A stretch of DNA of 64,000 nt. It comes from Raja brachyura (lineage: Eukaryota). The notes below the pieces were generated by a model. It saw only the letters and a list, made by a program, of their open reading frames with translations, made no database searches and was not told where the DNA came from. The position numbers were made by a program, and so were the translations under genes. Shown piece after piece: positions 50,672-62,937 of the stretch (positions are counted from its first letter, which is position 1; each line of letters begins with the position of its first letter). The stretch is taken from positions 992,001 to 1,056,000 of the forward strand of contig OY740795.1 of NCBI GenBank assembly GCA_963514005.1, read 5' to 3'.

Positions 50672-53645
50672 ATAAAAACATAGAAACATAGACAATAGGT
50701 GCAGGAGGAGGCCGTTCGGCCCTTCGAGCCTGCACCGCCATTCAATAAAATCATGGTTGATCATCCAACTCAGTATCCCGCACCTGCCTTCTCTTCATAC
50801 CACCTGATCCATTTAGCCACAAGTGCCACGTCTAACGCCATCTTAAATATAGCCAATGAACTGGCCTCAACTACCTTCTGTGGCAGAGAATTCCAGAGAC
50901 TCACCACTCTCTGTGTAAAAAATGTTTTCCTCATCTCGGTCCTAAAGGAATTCCCCCTTATCCTTAGACTGTGACCCCTTGTTCTGGACTCCCCCACTCC
51001 CCCAACATCGGGAACAATCTTCCAGCATCTAGCTTGTCCAACCCCTTAAGAATTTTGTAAGTTTCTATAAGATCCCCCCTCAATCTTCTAAATTCCAGCG
51101 AGTACAAGCCGTGTCTATCCAGTCTTTCCTCATATGAAAGTCCTGACATCCCAGGAATCAGTCTGGTGAATCTTCTCTGTACCCCCTCTATGGCAAGAAT
51201 GTCTTTCCTCAGATTTGGAGACCAAAACTGTACGCAATACGCCAGGTGTGGCCGCACCAAAACCCTGTACAACTGCAGTAAAACCTCCCTGCTCCGATAC
51301 TCAAATCCTTTCGCTATGAATGCTAACATACCATTTGCTTTCTTCACTGCTTGCTGCACTTGCATGCCTACTTTCAATGACTGGTATACCATGACACCAA
51401 GGTCTCGTTGCATCTCCCCTTTTCCTAAAGTGCCACCATTCAGATAATAGTCTACCCTCATGTTTTTGCCACCAAAGTGGATAACCTCACATTTATCCAC
51501 ATTATACTGCATTTGCCATGCATCTGCCTATTCACTCAGCCTATCCAAATCACCCTGCAGCCTCCAAGCATCCACCTCACACCTAACTATACCCCCTAGC
51601 TTGGTGTCATCTGCAAATTTGGAGATGTTGCATTGAATTCCCTCGTCCAAATCATTAATATATATTGTAAATAGCTGTGGTCCCAGCACTCAGCCTTGCG
51701 ATACCCCACTAGTCACTGCCTGCCATTCTGAAAAGGACCGTGTACTCCTACCTTTTGCCTCCTGTCTGCTAGCCAGTTCTCTATCCACATTAATACTGAA
51801 CCCCCAATACCGTGTGCTTTACGTTTGTATACTAATCTCTTATGCGGGACCTTGTCGATAGCCTTCTGAAAGTCTAGATATAACACATCCACTGGTTCTC
51901 CCGTATCCACTCTACTAGTTACATCCTCGAAAAATTCTATCAGATTTGTCAGACATGATTTACCTTTCGTAAATCCATGCTGACTTTGTCCAATGATTTC
52001 ACCACTTTCTAAATGCGCTGCTATCCCATCTTGAATAACTGACTCTAGCAGTTTCCCCACTACCGATGTTAGACTAACTGGTCTGTAATTCCCCGCTTTC
52101 TCTCTCCCTCCCTTTTTTAAAAGTGGGATTACATTAGCTACCCTCCAATCCTCAGGAACTACTCCAGAATCTAAGGAATTTTGAAAAATTATCACTAATG
52201 CATCCACTATTTCTGTGGCTACCTCCTTGAGTACTCTGGGATGCAGACTATCTGGCCCTGGGGATTTATCGGCCTTCAATCCGTTCAATTTACCCAACAC
52301 CACCTCCCGGCTAACCTGGATTTCACTCAGTTCCTACATCTTTATTGACCCCCGTTCCACTGATACTTCCGGCAGATTATTTATGTATTTCTTAGTGAAG
52401 ACAGAACCAAAGTAGTTATTCAATTGGTCTGCCATGTCCTTGTTCCCCATGATCAATTCACCTGTTTCTGACTGCAAGGGACCAACATTTGTTTTAACTA
52501 GTCTCTTTCTCTTCACATATCTATAAAAACTTTTGCAGTCAGTTTTTATGTTCCCTGCCAGTTTCCTTTCATAATCTATTTTCCCTTTCCTAATTAAGCC
52601 CTTTGTCCTCCTCTGCTGGATACTGAATTTCTCCCAGTCCTCCGGTAGGCTGCTTTTTCTGGCCAATTTGTATGCCTCATCTTTTGTTTTTATACTATAC
52701 CTGATTTCCCTTGTTATCCATGGATGCACCACCTTCCCTGATTCATTCTTTTGCCAAACTGGCATGAACAATTTTTGTACTTCATCCATGCAGTCTTTAA
52801 ATACCTTCCACTGCACATCTACGGTCAACCCTTTAAGAATCACCTGCCAGTCTATCTTGGCCAATTCACATCTCATACCTTCAAAGTTACCTTTGTTCAA
52901 GTTCAGGACCCTTGTTTCTGACTTAATTTTTTCACTCTCCATCCTAATGAAGAACTCAACCATATTATGGTCACTCTTGCCCATGGGGCCACGCACAACA
53001 AGACTGCTAACTATCCCTTCCTCATTACTCAATACCCAGTCTAGAATAGCCTGCTCTCTCGTTGGTTCCTCCACATGTTGGTTGAGAAAACTATCCCGCA
53101 TACATTCCAAGAAATCCTCTTCCTCAGCACCCCTGCCAATTTGATTCACCCAATCTACATGCAGATTGAAGTCACCCATTATAACCGTGTTACCCTTGTT
53201 GCACGCATTTCTAATTTCCTGTTTGATGCCATACCCAACTCCAATACTACTGTTAGGTGGCTTGTACACAACTCCCACTAGCGTTTTCTGCCCCTTAGAG
53301 TTTCGCAGCTCTACCCATATCGATTCCACATCCTCCACGCTAATGTCCTTCCTTTCTATTGCATTAACCTCCTCTCTCACCAGCAACGCTACCCCACCTC
53401 CTTTTCCTTTTCGTCTATCCCTCCTGAATATTGAATATCCCTGGATGTTCAGCTCCCAGCCTTGGTCACTCTGGAGCCATGTCTCCGTGATCTCAACTAT
53501 AGCATAGGCATAAATCGCTATCTGCACCTTCAACTCATCCACCTTATTACGAATGCTCCTCGCATTGAGACACAAAGCCTTCAGGCTTGTTTTTACAACA
53601 CTCTTACTCCTTATACAATTATGTTGACAAGTGGCCCCTTTCACA
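50672..53645 (-). mobile_element. Near full-length CR1 ORF2 (APE endonuclease + RT), frameshifted
   Basis: LNARSIRNK, ITETW, GDFN, SDH endonuclease motifs; NYRPVSLTSV and YLDFQKA RT motifs; 3' tail. Confidence 0.92.
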
Positions 53646-53841
53646 TCGATCCCTATTACACTTGGCCATACTCTCCTATCCCTGCATCTAGCCTGTCCAA
53701 CCCCATAAGAATTTTGTAGGTTTCTACAAGATCCACCCTCAATCTTCTAAATTCTAGCGCGTACAAGCCGAGTCTATCCAGTCTTTCTTCATATGAAAGT
53801 CCTGGCATCCCAGGAATCGGTCTGGCGAACCTCCTCTGTAG

Positions 53842-54425
53842 TCCTTCAATGTGCGTATTGATATGCTGCACATGTTTTACAACATTGTGGTTGCAAGTGT
53901 GATTTTCTCCGCTGTTGTCTGCTGGGGCAACAGCATTAGGGCAAAAAACAACAAGAAGCTGGACAAACTAATTAAACGAGCTAGCTCAGTGCTGGAGGGG
54001 AGAGTGGACTCTGGGATAGATGTGCTTGTGAGGCGCTTGAGGCGCAAGGTGCAGGTCGTCCTGAAAAACCCCAGGCATCCTCTCCATGTAATTCTGGAGA
54101 GTCAAAAGAGCACTCGGAACAACAACCGGCTCATCGTTCTGCCCTGTAGAACGGAGAGGTTCAGGAGATCCTTCACCCCTGCAGCCATTAGATTTTATAA
54201 TTCGGACCGCTATGCTGTAGGGGGATGCATTTTTGCATTTTTAAATTTTTAGTTGTTAACTATTGGTCTTTTTAAGTATGTATTGCTCTCAGGTAGTGCC
54301 CACGTTGTATTGTATGTATTTTCTGTCTGCGTTCGTTTTGAATCTGTGGATTTGTTGATTGGGGGCTTCTGGACATCAGGATTTCCCTGAGGGGATCAAT
54401 AAAGTAGTTATTATTATTATTATTT
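53842..54425 (+). mobile_element. Rex1/Babar-type LINE, 3' piece
   Basis: SFNVRIDMLHMFYNIVVASVIFSAVVCWG...RTERFRRSF; AATAAA and a (TTA)n tail. Continues the 50136-50671 piece. Confidence 0.8.
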
Positions 54426-55218
54426 ATTATTTGTTCATATTTAAAAATTGTTTGTAGCGAATTATTAATTCTGAATATTCTGCAGACGTGAAGGCGTGAG
54501 CATAAGGGTTGATACGGGCAGAACTGTAGATGTTGTATATCAGGACTTCAGCAAAGCATTCGACAAAGTCTCACATGGTAGGCGGCTCTGGAAGGTTTGA
54601 TCGCATGGGATTCAAGGAGAGATAGCTGAATGGATAGAAAATTGGCTTCATGGAAGGAAGCAGAGGGTGATGGTGGAAGGTTGCTTCTCGTGTGACTAGT
54701 GGTGTGCCTCGGGGTTCGGTCCTGGGCCCACTATTGTTTGTCATCGATAGCAATGATTCGGCTGAGAACATACATGGAAAGTTTCCAGATGACACAAAAA
54801 ACTGGGTGGTTTTGCAGATAGTGAAGATGGTTGTGAAAATTTGCAGCAGGGTATTGATCGATTTGCCAGGTGGGTTGAGGAATGGTTGATGGAACTTATT
54901 ACAGAGAAATGTGAGGGGTTTAATTTTGCGAAGTGTAACATGGGCTAGATCTACACCGTGAATGATAGGGCTTTAGGGAGTGTCGTGGAGCAGCGGGATC
55001 TGGGAATGCGGGTGCATGGTTCCTTGAAGTTCGAGTCGCAGGCAGATAAGGTGGTCAAAAAGGCTTTTGGCACATTAGCCTTCATCAGTATTGAATATTC
55101 AATGTTGGGAGGTCATGTTGCGCTTGTATTAGACGTTGGGGGGACGAATTTGGAGTATTGTATTGTTGTAGGAAAGATATTGTCCAGCTGGAAACTATAC
55201 ACACACTATCTACGAGAG

Positions 55219-58200
55219 TAGAAACATAGACATAGAAATTAGGTGCAGGAGTAGGCCATTCGGCCCTTCGAGCCTGCACCGCCATTCAATATGATCATGG
55301 CTGATCACCCAACTCAGTATCCAGTACCTGTCTTCTCTCCATACCCTCTGATCCCCTTACCACAAGGGCCACATCTAACTCCCTCTTAAATATAGCCAAT
55401 GAACTGGCATCAACTACCCTCTGTGGCAGAGAGTTCCAGAGACCCACAACTCTCTGTGGGAAAAAAGTCATTCTCATCTCGGTCCTAAAGGATTTCCCCC
55501 TTATCCTTAAGCTGTAACCACTTGTCCTGGACCTCCCCAACATCGGGAACAATCTTCCAGCATCTAGCCTGTCCAACCCCTTAAGAATTGTGTAAGTTTC
55601 TATAAGATCCCCTCTCAATCTCCTAAATTCTAGAGATATAAACCGAGCCTATGCAGTCTTTTTTCATAAGACAGTCCTGACATCCCAGGAATCAGTCTGG
55701 TGAACCTTCTCTGCACTCCCTCTATGGCAATAATGTCCTTCCTCAGATTTGGAGACCAGAACTGTACGCAATACTCCAGGTGTTGTCTCACCAAGACCCT
55801 ATACAACTGAAGTAAAACCTCCCTGCTTCTATACTCAAATCCTTTTGCTATGAAAGCTAAGATACCATTCGCTTTCTTCACTGCCTGCTGCACCTGCATG
55901 CCTACTTTCAATGACTGGTGTACCATGACACCCAGGTCGCGCTGCATCTCCCCTTTTCCTAATCGGCCTCCATTTAGATAATAGTCTGCTTTCCTATTTT
56001 TGCCACCAAAGTGGATAACCTCACATTTATCCACATTATACTGCATCTGCCAAACATTTGCCCACTCACCCAGCCTATCCAAGTCACCTTGCAATCTCCT
56101 AGCATCCTCCTCACAGCTAACACTGCCCTCCAGCTTAGTGTCATCCGCAAACATGGAGATATTGCCTTCAATTTCCTCATCCAGATTATTAATGTATATT
56201 GTAAATAGCTGGGGTCCCAGCACTGAGCCTTGCGGTACCCCACTAGTCACTGCCTGCCATTGTGAAAACGACCTGTTTACTCCTACTCTTTGCTTCCTGT
56301 TTGCCAGCCAGTTCTCTATCCACATCAATACTGAACCCCCAATGCCGTGTGCTTTAAGTTTATATACTAATCTCTTATGTGGGACCTTGTCGAATGCCTT
56401 CTGGAAGTCCAGATACACCACATCCACTGGTTCTCCCCTATCCATGCTACTAGTTACATCCTCGAAAAATGCCACAAGTTTCGTCAGACATGATTTACCT
56501 TTCGTAAATCCATGCTGACTTTGTCCAATGATTTCACCACTTTCCAAATGTGCTGCTATCCCATCTTTAATAACTGACTAGCAGTTTCCCCACTACCGAT
56601 GTTAGACTAACTGGTCTTTAATTCCCCGTTTTCTCTCCCCCCCCCCCCCCCCATTCTTAAAAAGTGGGGTTACGTTTACTACCCGCCAATCCTCAGGAAC
56701 CACTCCAGAATCTAAAGAGTTTTGAAAGATTATCACTAACGCATCCACTATTTCCGGAGCTACTTCCTTGAGTACTCTGGGATGCAGCCTATCTGGCCCT
56801 GGGGATTTATCGGCCTTTAATCCATTCAATTTACCCAACACCACTTCCAGACTAACCTGGATTTCACTCAAGTGCTCCTTTGACCCGCGGTCCCCTGCTA
56901 TTTCCGGCAGATTATTTATGTCTTCCTTAGTGAAGACGGAACCAAAGTAGTTATTCAATTGGTCCGCCATATCCTTGTTCCCCATGATCAACTCACCTGT
57001 TTCTGACTGCAAGGGACCTACGTTTGTTTTAACTAATCTCTTTCTCTTGACATATCTATAAAAAACGTTTGCAGTCAGTTTTTATGTTCCCTGCAGTTTT
57101 CTTTCATAATCTATTTTTCCTTTCCTAATCAAGCCCTCTGTCCTCCTCTGCTGGTCTCTGAATTTCTCCCAGTCCTCTGGTATGCTGCATTTTCTTGCTA
57201 TTTTGAACGATTCATCCTTTGCTTTGATACTATCCCTGATTTCCCCTGTTATCCACGGATGCACTACCTTCCCTGATCTATTATTTTGCCAAACTGAGAT
57301 GAACAATTTTTGTAGTTCATCCATGCAGTCCTTAAATGTCTTCCATTGCGTATCCACCATCAACCCTTTTAGAATTGATTGCCAGTCAACCTTGGCCAAT
57401 TCACGTCTCATACCCTCAAAGTTACCTTTCCTTAAGTTCAGAACCATTGTTTCTGAATTAACAATGTCACTCTTCATCCTAATGAAGAACTCGACCATAT
57501 TATGGTCACTCTTGCCCAAGGGGGCACGCACAATAAGACTGCTAACTAACCCTTCCTCATTACTCAATACCCAGTCCAAAATAGCCTGCTCTCTCGTTGG
57601 TTCCTCTACATGTTGATTTAGATAACTATCCCGCATACTTTCCAAAAAATCCTCTTCCTCAGCGCCCCTGCCAATTTGATTCACCCAATCCATATGTAGA
57701 TTGAAGTCACCTATTATAACTGTTTTTGTCTTTGTCGCACGCCTTTCTAATTTACTGTTTGATACCATCCCCAACTTCACTACTACTGTTAGGTGGGCTG
57801 TACACAACTCCCACTAGCGTTTTCTGCCCCTTAGTGTTTCGCAGCTCTACCCATATCGATTCCACATCCTCCAAGCTAATGTCCTTCCTTTTCATTGTGT
57901 TAATCTCCTCTCTAACCAGCAACGCTACCCCACCTCCTTTTCCTTTCTGTCTATCCCTCCTGAATATTGAATATCCCTGGATGTTCAGCTCCCAGCCTTG
58001 GTCACCCTGGTTCCATGTCTCCGTGATCCCAACTATAGCATACTCATTAATAGCTATCTGCACGTTCAACTCATCCACCTTATTACGAATACTCCTCGCA
58101 TTGAGACACAAAGCCTTCAGGCTTGTTTTTACAACGCTTTTACCCCTTATACAATTTTGTTGAGAAGTGGCCCTTTTTGATTTTTGCCCTGATTTTGTCT

Positions 58201-58330
58201 GCTGCCACTTTTACTTTTCACCTTGCTCCCTATTGCTTCCACCCTCGTTTTACATCCACCTGCCTCTCTGCTCTTGTACCCATCCCCCTGCCACATTAGT
58301 TTAAATCCTCCCCGACAGCACTGGCAAACA
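55219..58330 (-). mobile_element. Near full-length CR1 ORF2 (APE endonuclease + RT), frameshifted
   Basis: ORFs 57752-58111, 57082-57807, 56602-57012, 55630-56547 (GVPQGSVLGP, FADD) and 55295-55618. Confidence 0.92.
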
Positions 58331-59340
58331 CAAAGGATGTTGCCAGGACGAGAGGGTCTGGGCTATATGGAGAGGTTTAGGAGTAACTATATTCCTTGGA
58401 GCGCAGGAGGATGAGGGGTGATCATATAGAGGTGTATACAATAATGAGAGGAATAGATCGGGTAGATGCACAGCGCCTCTTGCCCAGAGTACGGGAATCG
58501 AGGACCAGAGGCCATCATCATCATCATCGGCGGTCACTCCAAACGAGTATGACTGTCCTCTCAAGGAGGATGCCTGTGCGTGACCTTGTGGGAAGACTGG
58601 TGCACAGACAGCCACCCCACGGTCCTTGGCAGATCTGGATCCAGAATCCAGTGGAATAAATCCAAGACGACCGGGGACCATTTTCTGCTGCAGCCTTCAT
58701 CCGCCTTCCCAGCCGATGTGATGATACCCCACTAAAGTCAGCCATCATCCTCCGCCTGTGCCAGGGGACATAGGTTTAAGGTGAAGGTGAAAATATTTTT
58801 AAAGTGTCTGAGGGTAGCTTTTTTACCCAAAGTGTGGCGGCTGTAGTTCCCGACCTGCCAGAGGAGGTAGTTAAGGCATGGACTATCCCAATGTTTCAGA
58901 AACAGTGGTTAGGATGAGTTGAGAGAGATATGGACCAAACGCGGGCAGATGGGACCAGTGTGTCGGGGAGATGTGGGCAGCCAAAAGGGCTGCTTTCACG
59001 ATGTATCACTCTGTGACTTCATTTGGATTGTGTCTGAGAATGTTCCTACCGGAAATTGTAGGCACAGCTGAGAAATCGATGGATGAATAAAATTGTTGGT
59101 GATGACTGGGCAATCGCATCGCACATGACCTAATCGAATGTTGGAACGTGCTCGGGACACAGCGTACTGTTGCTTCCCCGTTGTGCGCCCCTATTTCATT
59201 GATCGCACCACTGGTCAGTTGTCTTCACAACCCCCCCCCACCCCCCCCCCCCCCCCCCCCCCCTTCGCTCATGCGTACTACTCCAGGGTGTTTCCACTGC
59301 GCATGTGCTCATGTGAGTCTGTGGGCAGCTGCGAGGGAAG

Positions 59341-59419
59341 AGTTTTTGTATTGACATTTTTCACTGTGGGACTGGGTACGCACGGTAACTAAAATGCCCA
59401 GCGCCGCCGTACATGAACC
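59341..59419 (+). other. TRDD: TCR delta-type D segment 1 (coding 59369-59380 GGACTGGGTACG) with 12- and 23-RSS
   Basis: AGTTTTTGT-12-CACTGTG | D | CACGGTA-23-ACATGAACC. Confidence 0.92.
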
Positions 59420-60619
59420 TCCCTACTGCAGCGCATTGACATATCCGACACTTAAGTTCAAATTCCATGATAGGGCCTTAGGGAGTGTGGTAGAGCAGGG
59501 GGATCTGGGAATGCGGGTGCATGGTTCCTTGAAGTTGGAGTCGCAGATTGATAAGGTGGTCAAAAAGGCTTTTGGCTCATTAGCCTTCATCAGTATTGAA
59601 TATTGAATGTTGGGAGGTCATGTTGCACTTGTATTAGACGTTGGGGGGACGAATTTGGAGTATTGTATTATTGTAGGAAAGATATTGTCCAGCTGGAAAC
59701 TGTACACACACTATCTACGAGGATGTTGCCAGGACGAGAGGGTCTGGGCTATATGGAGAGGTTTAGGAGTAACTATATTCCTTGGAGCGCAGGAGGATGA
59801 GGGGTGATCTTATAGAGGTGTATACAATTATGAGAGGAATAGATCGGGTAGATGCATAGCGCCTCTTGCCCAGAGTACGGGAATCGAGGACCAGAGGCCA
59901 TCATCATCATCATCGGCAGGTCACTGCAAACGAGTATGACTGTCCTCTCAAGGAGGACGCCTGTGCGTGACCTTGTGGGGAGACTGGTGCACAGACAGCC
60001 ACCCCACGGTCCTTGACAGATCTGGATCCAGAATCCAGTGGAATAAATCCAAGACGACCGGGGACCATTTTCTGCTGCAGCCTTCATCCGCCTTCCCAGT
60101 CGATGTGATGACACTCCACTAAAGACAGCCATCATCCTCCGCCTGTGCCAGGGGACATAGGCTTAAGGTGAAGGAGAAAATATTTTTAAGGAATCTGAGG
60201 GTAGCTTTTTTAACCCAAAGGGTGGTGGCTGTAGTTAACGACCTGCCAGAGGAGGTAATTGAGGCAGGGACTGTCCCAATGTTTCAGAAACAGTGGTTAG
60301 GACAAGTTTAGAGAGATATGGACCAAACGCAGGCAGATGGGACCAGTGTGTCGGGGACATGTGGGCAGCCAAAAGGGCTGCTTTCACGATGTATCACTCT
60401 GTGACTTCATTTGGATTGTGTCTGAGAATGTTCCTACCGGAAATTGTAGGCACACCTAAGAAATCGATGGATGAATAAAATTGTTGATGTTGACTGGGCA
60501 ATCGCATCGAACATGACCTAATCGAATGTTGGAACGTGCTCGGGACACAGCGTACTGTTGCTTCCCCGTTGTGCGCCCCTATCTCATTGATCGCACCACC
60601 AGTCAGTTGTCTTCACAAA

Positions 60620-60650
<31 letters not shown>

Positions 60651-60733
60651 ACCTCTTTCGCTCATGCGTACTACTCCAGGGTGTTTCCACTGCGCATGTC
60701 CTCATGTGAGTCTGTGGGCAGCTGCGAGGGAAG

Positions 60734-60813
60734 AGTTTTTGTATTGACATTTTTCACTGTGGGACTGGGGTACGCACGGTGACTAAAATGCCCTACGCCG
60801 CCGTACATAAACC
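60734..60813 (+). other. TRDD: TCR delta-type D segment 2 (coding 60762-60774 GGACTGGGGTACG) with 12- and 23-RSS
   Basis: AGTTTTTGT-12-CACTGTG | D | CACGGTG-23-ACATAAACC. Confidence 0.93.
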
Positions 60814-61103
60814 TCCCTACTGCAGCGCATTGACATCTCCACCACTTCGGTTCCAATTCCGCTTGCAAGCGGAAACCTTGTGGTTTCCTACTCTTGTCCT
60901 CGCCCTGCACTGTTCCGGTTGCCTGGATATTGATGGGGTTTTTTTTCCCAGCGCTGACACGTTTCCGCCGGATGTATGCTTCCTTGCCTCCTCCACCCAT
61001 TGGTCGAATCCCCCTCTCGCGGGGGGGTTCACGTCTGGTTGCGTTGCCCGTCGCTCATGTGAAACGTTCTGGGAAGTTTCTCTGCGGTCAGCAGCGAGGT
61101 GGA

Positions 61104-61181
61104 GGTTTTTGTATTGCCTTGTATCACCGTGACTGGGATACGCACAGCAACTAAACTACTATGAGCGGCCGTACATTAACC
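61104..61181 (+). other. TRDD: TCR delta-type D segment 3 (coding 61132-61142 ACTGGGATACG) with 12- and 23-RSS
   Basis: GGTTTTTGT-12-CACCGTG | D | CACAGCA-23-ACATTAACC. Confidence 0.93.
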
Positions 61182-61443
61182 TCTCCACTGCAGCGCCTCG
61201 CCTTCCAGTCGGTAGCTTGGTTAATATTCAGCGGTATTGCCAACATTAGACTGAAAGTTCTAATTAACGTTCATTTTTGTTTTTTTTAACCATTCGTTGT
61301 CTGTCGAGCGTACAGGGATCGCCAGATGATAGAGATAAACTCGCTCGCCAGACTAGTCCTATCATGAAAAAGCAATACGCACGGTTACCGGGAGATATGG
61401 ACGGAATCCAGACCGATCTAGTTAAAGTGAATGCAACATGAGT

Positions 61444-61485
61444 GGTCACAAGCTCACTTACGGGGAAGGAACAGCACTGTAAGTA
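61444..61485 (+). pseudogene. Possible J pseudogene (GHKLTYGEGTAL*)
   Basis: KL.YG.GT.L pattern ending in CT|GTAAGT; no convincing RSS. Confidence 0.4.
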
Positions 61486-62857
61486 CTTAATCTTCAACAC
61501 ACCCGTCTGTTATTCATTGTTATTTCACGATTGGAAAGTGGAACCATGCAGCATCGTCGATCGGGTATTTGTCCAGTCGTATTAGTTGGTTGAAGAAGAG
61601 TTGAGGACGGGAGTGGGGGGTGGGTTGTATCGCCGGGGAGCCGAGTAGATCGTCGCAGTCTCCTGTTTATCCAGTCAAGGTGGTTCGGTGAATGGTGTGG
61701 AATGTTTTCTAATGCACGTCTTCAAATACATTTACATGAACTGTCGAGCGAAGTTTGACCTCCAGGTGAACTGAAACATGGATGGCAATTTAGAAATACA
61801 TCCCAAACGCCCAATTCATAAAACAGCAGAATGCCCGTGTCCCTTCCACCTTCTTCCAAGTCGTTTCACGGCATTGCAATTATCGACCCGTCAACAACAG
61901 ATCTGCCCTCTCTGCATATGAAGTCTACTGATTGCATTGGCAACTGAACCATAGGAGATCAGAACAAACCGTGGAGACGCAAGGAGATGCAACTGTTGAA
62001 ATCTTGAGCAAAACATAAAGTGCTCAAGACTAGGGTGAATCGGCCAGTCAGGCAGTATCAGTGGACAGCCGACATTTCGGGTCTGGACCCTTATTCGGTC
62101 TTCCTGAACGTTCTTGTTTCCACGGGGCTGGTCTCGGTGGATCAAATGCACAAAGAAATGGCATTTAAGCATGTTTCGCCAAATGAAGTTTAACATTGTG
62201 GGAGATTGTTCAATGCAAGTTGTATAATGCTCCCTCTGAATACTAACACCCGACAATGTTGGAGAAAAATTCACAAATGATCGTTTGAAAGGTTCTGCAA
62301 ATTCGTCTTTTTTTACAGTATTTTGCATGCGACAGTGATGCATTATTCAGTTAACACTTTAAGAATTCACGCTGAAACGTGGGGATTGCTTTTGTAAAAT
62401 ACGACACTGCCTCACACAATCTTCCTTGACCTTAGCTGCTTAGCTCAGAAGCACAATTATAGGACGATGCCTCTAGTTCCACCGACAAGTGCACGGTTTA
62501 TGGAAGGTTGCGGCATTTCATTGGAAAGAAACTAACAACAGCTTTCCCGTTCATAGCCATGCTGATTCTTCTCTGAATTGGGATAGAAACACAGAAAATA
62601 GGTGCATTCGGCCCTTCGAGCCTGCACCGCCATTCAATATGATCATGGCTGATCATCCAACTCAGTATCCCTTACCTGCCTTCTCTCCAGACCCCCTGAT
62701 CCCTTTAGCCACACGGGCCACTTCTAACTCCCTCTTGTAGCTATTAATCGCTTATATTGACGTTTCCTGTTATGATGTTCATGGATAGTTTCATATTGGA
62801 TACAACGTGGCTCTGGGGCTTCATGACACTGGCGTCATGCGTCTGTGCTTTGGAATA

Positions 62858-62885
62858 GGTTTTGTTGTGGGGGTTTAATGTAGTG
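62858..62885 (+). other. 12-RSS of the right J segment (degenerate heptamer)
   Basis: GGTTTTGTT-gtgggggtttaa(12)-TGTAGTG; the essential terminal GTG is retained. Confidence 0.75.
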
Positions 62886-62937
62886 CAAAGAGAAAAGTTA
62901 ATATTCGGCGCTGGGACTGAACTCAAGGTGCAACCAA
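62886..62937 (+). CDS. TRDJ: TCR delta-type J segment (QREKLIFGAGTELKVQP)
   Basis: KLIFG.GT motif, A|GTGAGT donor in phase 1, upstream 12-RSS, located downstream of three D segments. Confidence 0.9.

Larger units (their letters stand above)
58334..60845 (+). repeat. ~1.4 kb tandem duplication, each unit carrying one D segment
   Basis: 54962-55213 plus 58334-59450 aligns nearly base for base with 59468-60845. Confidence 0.9.
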
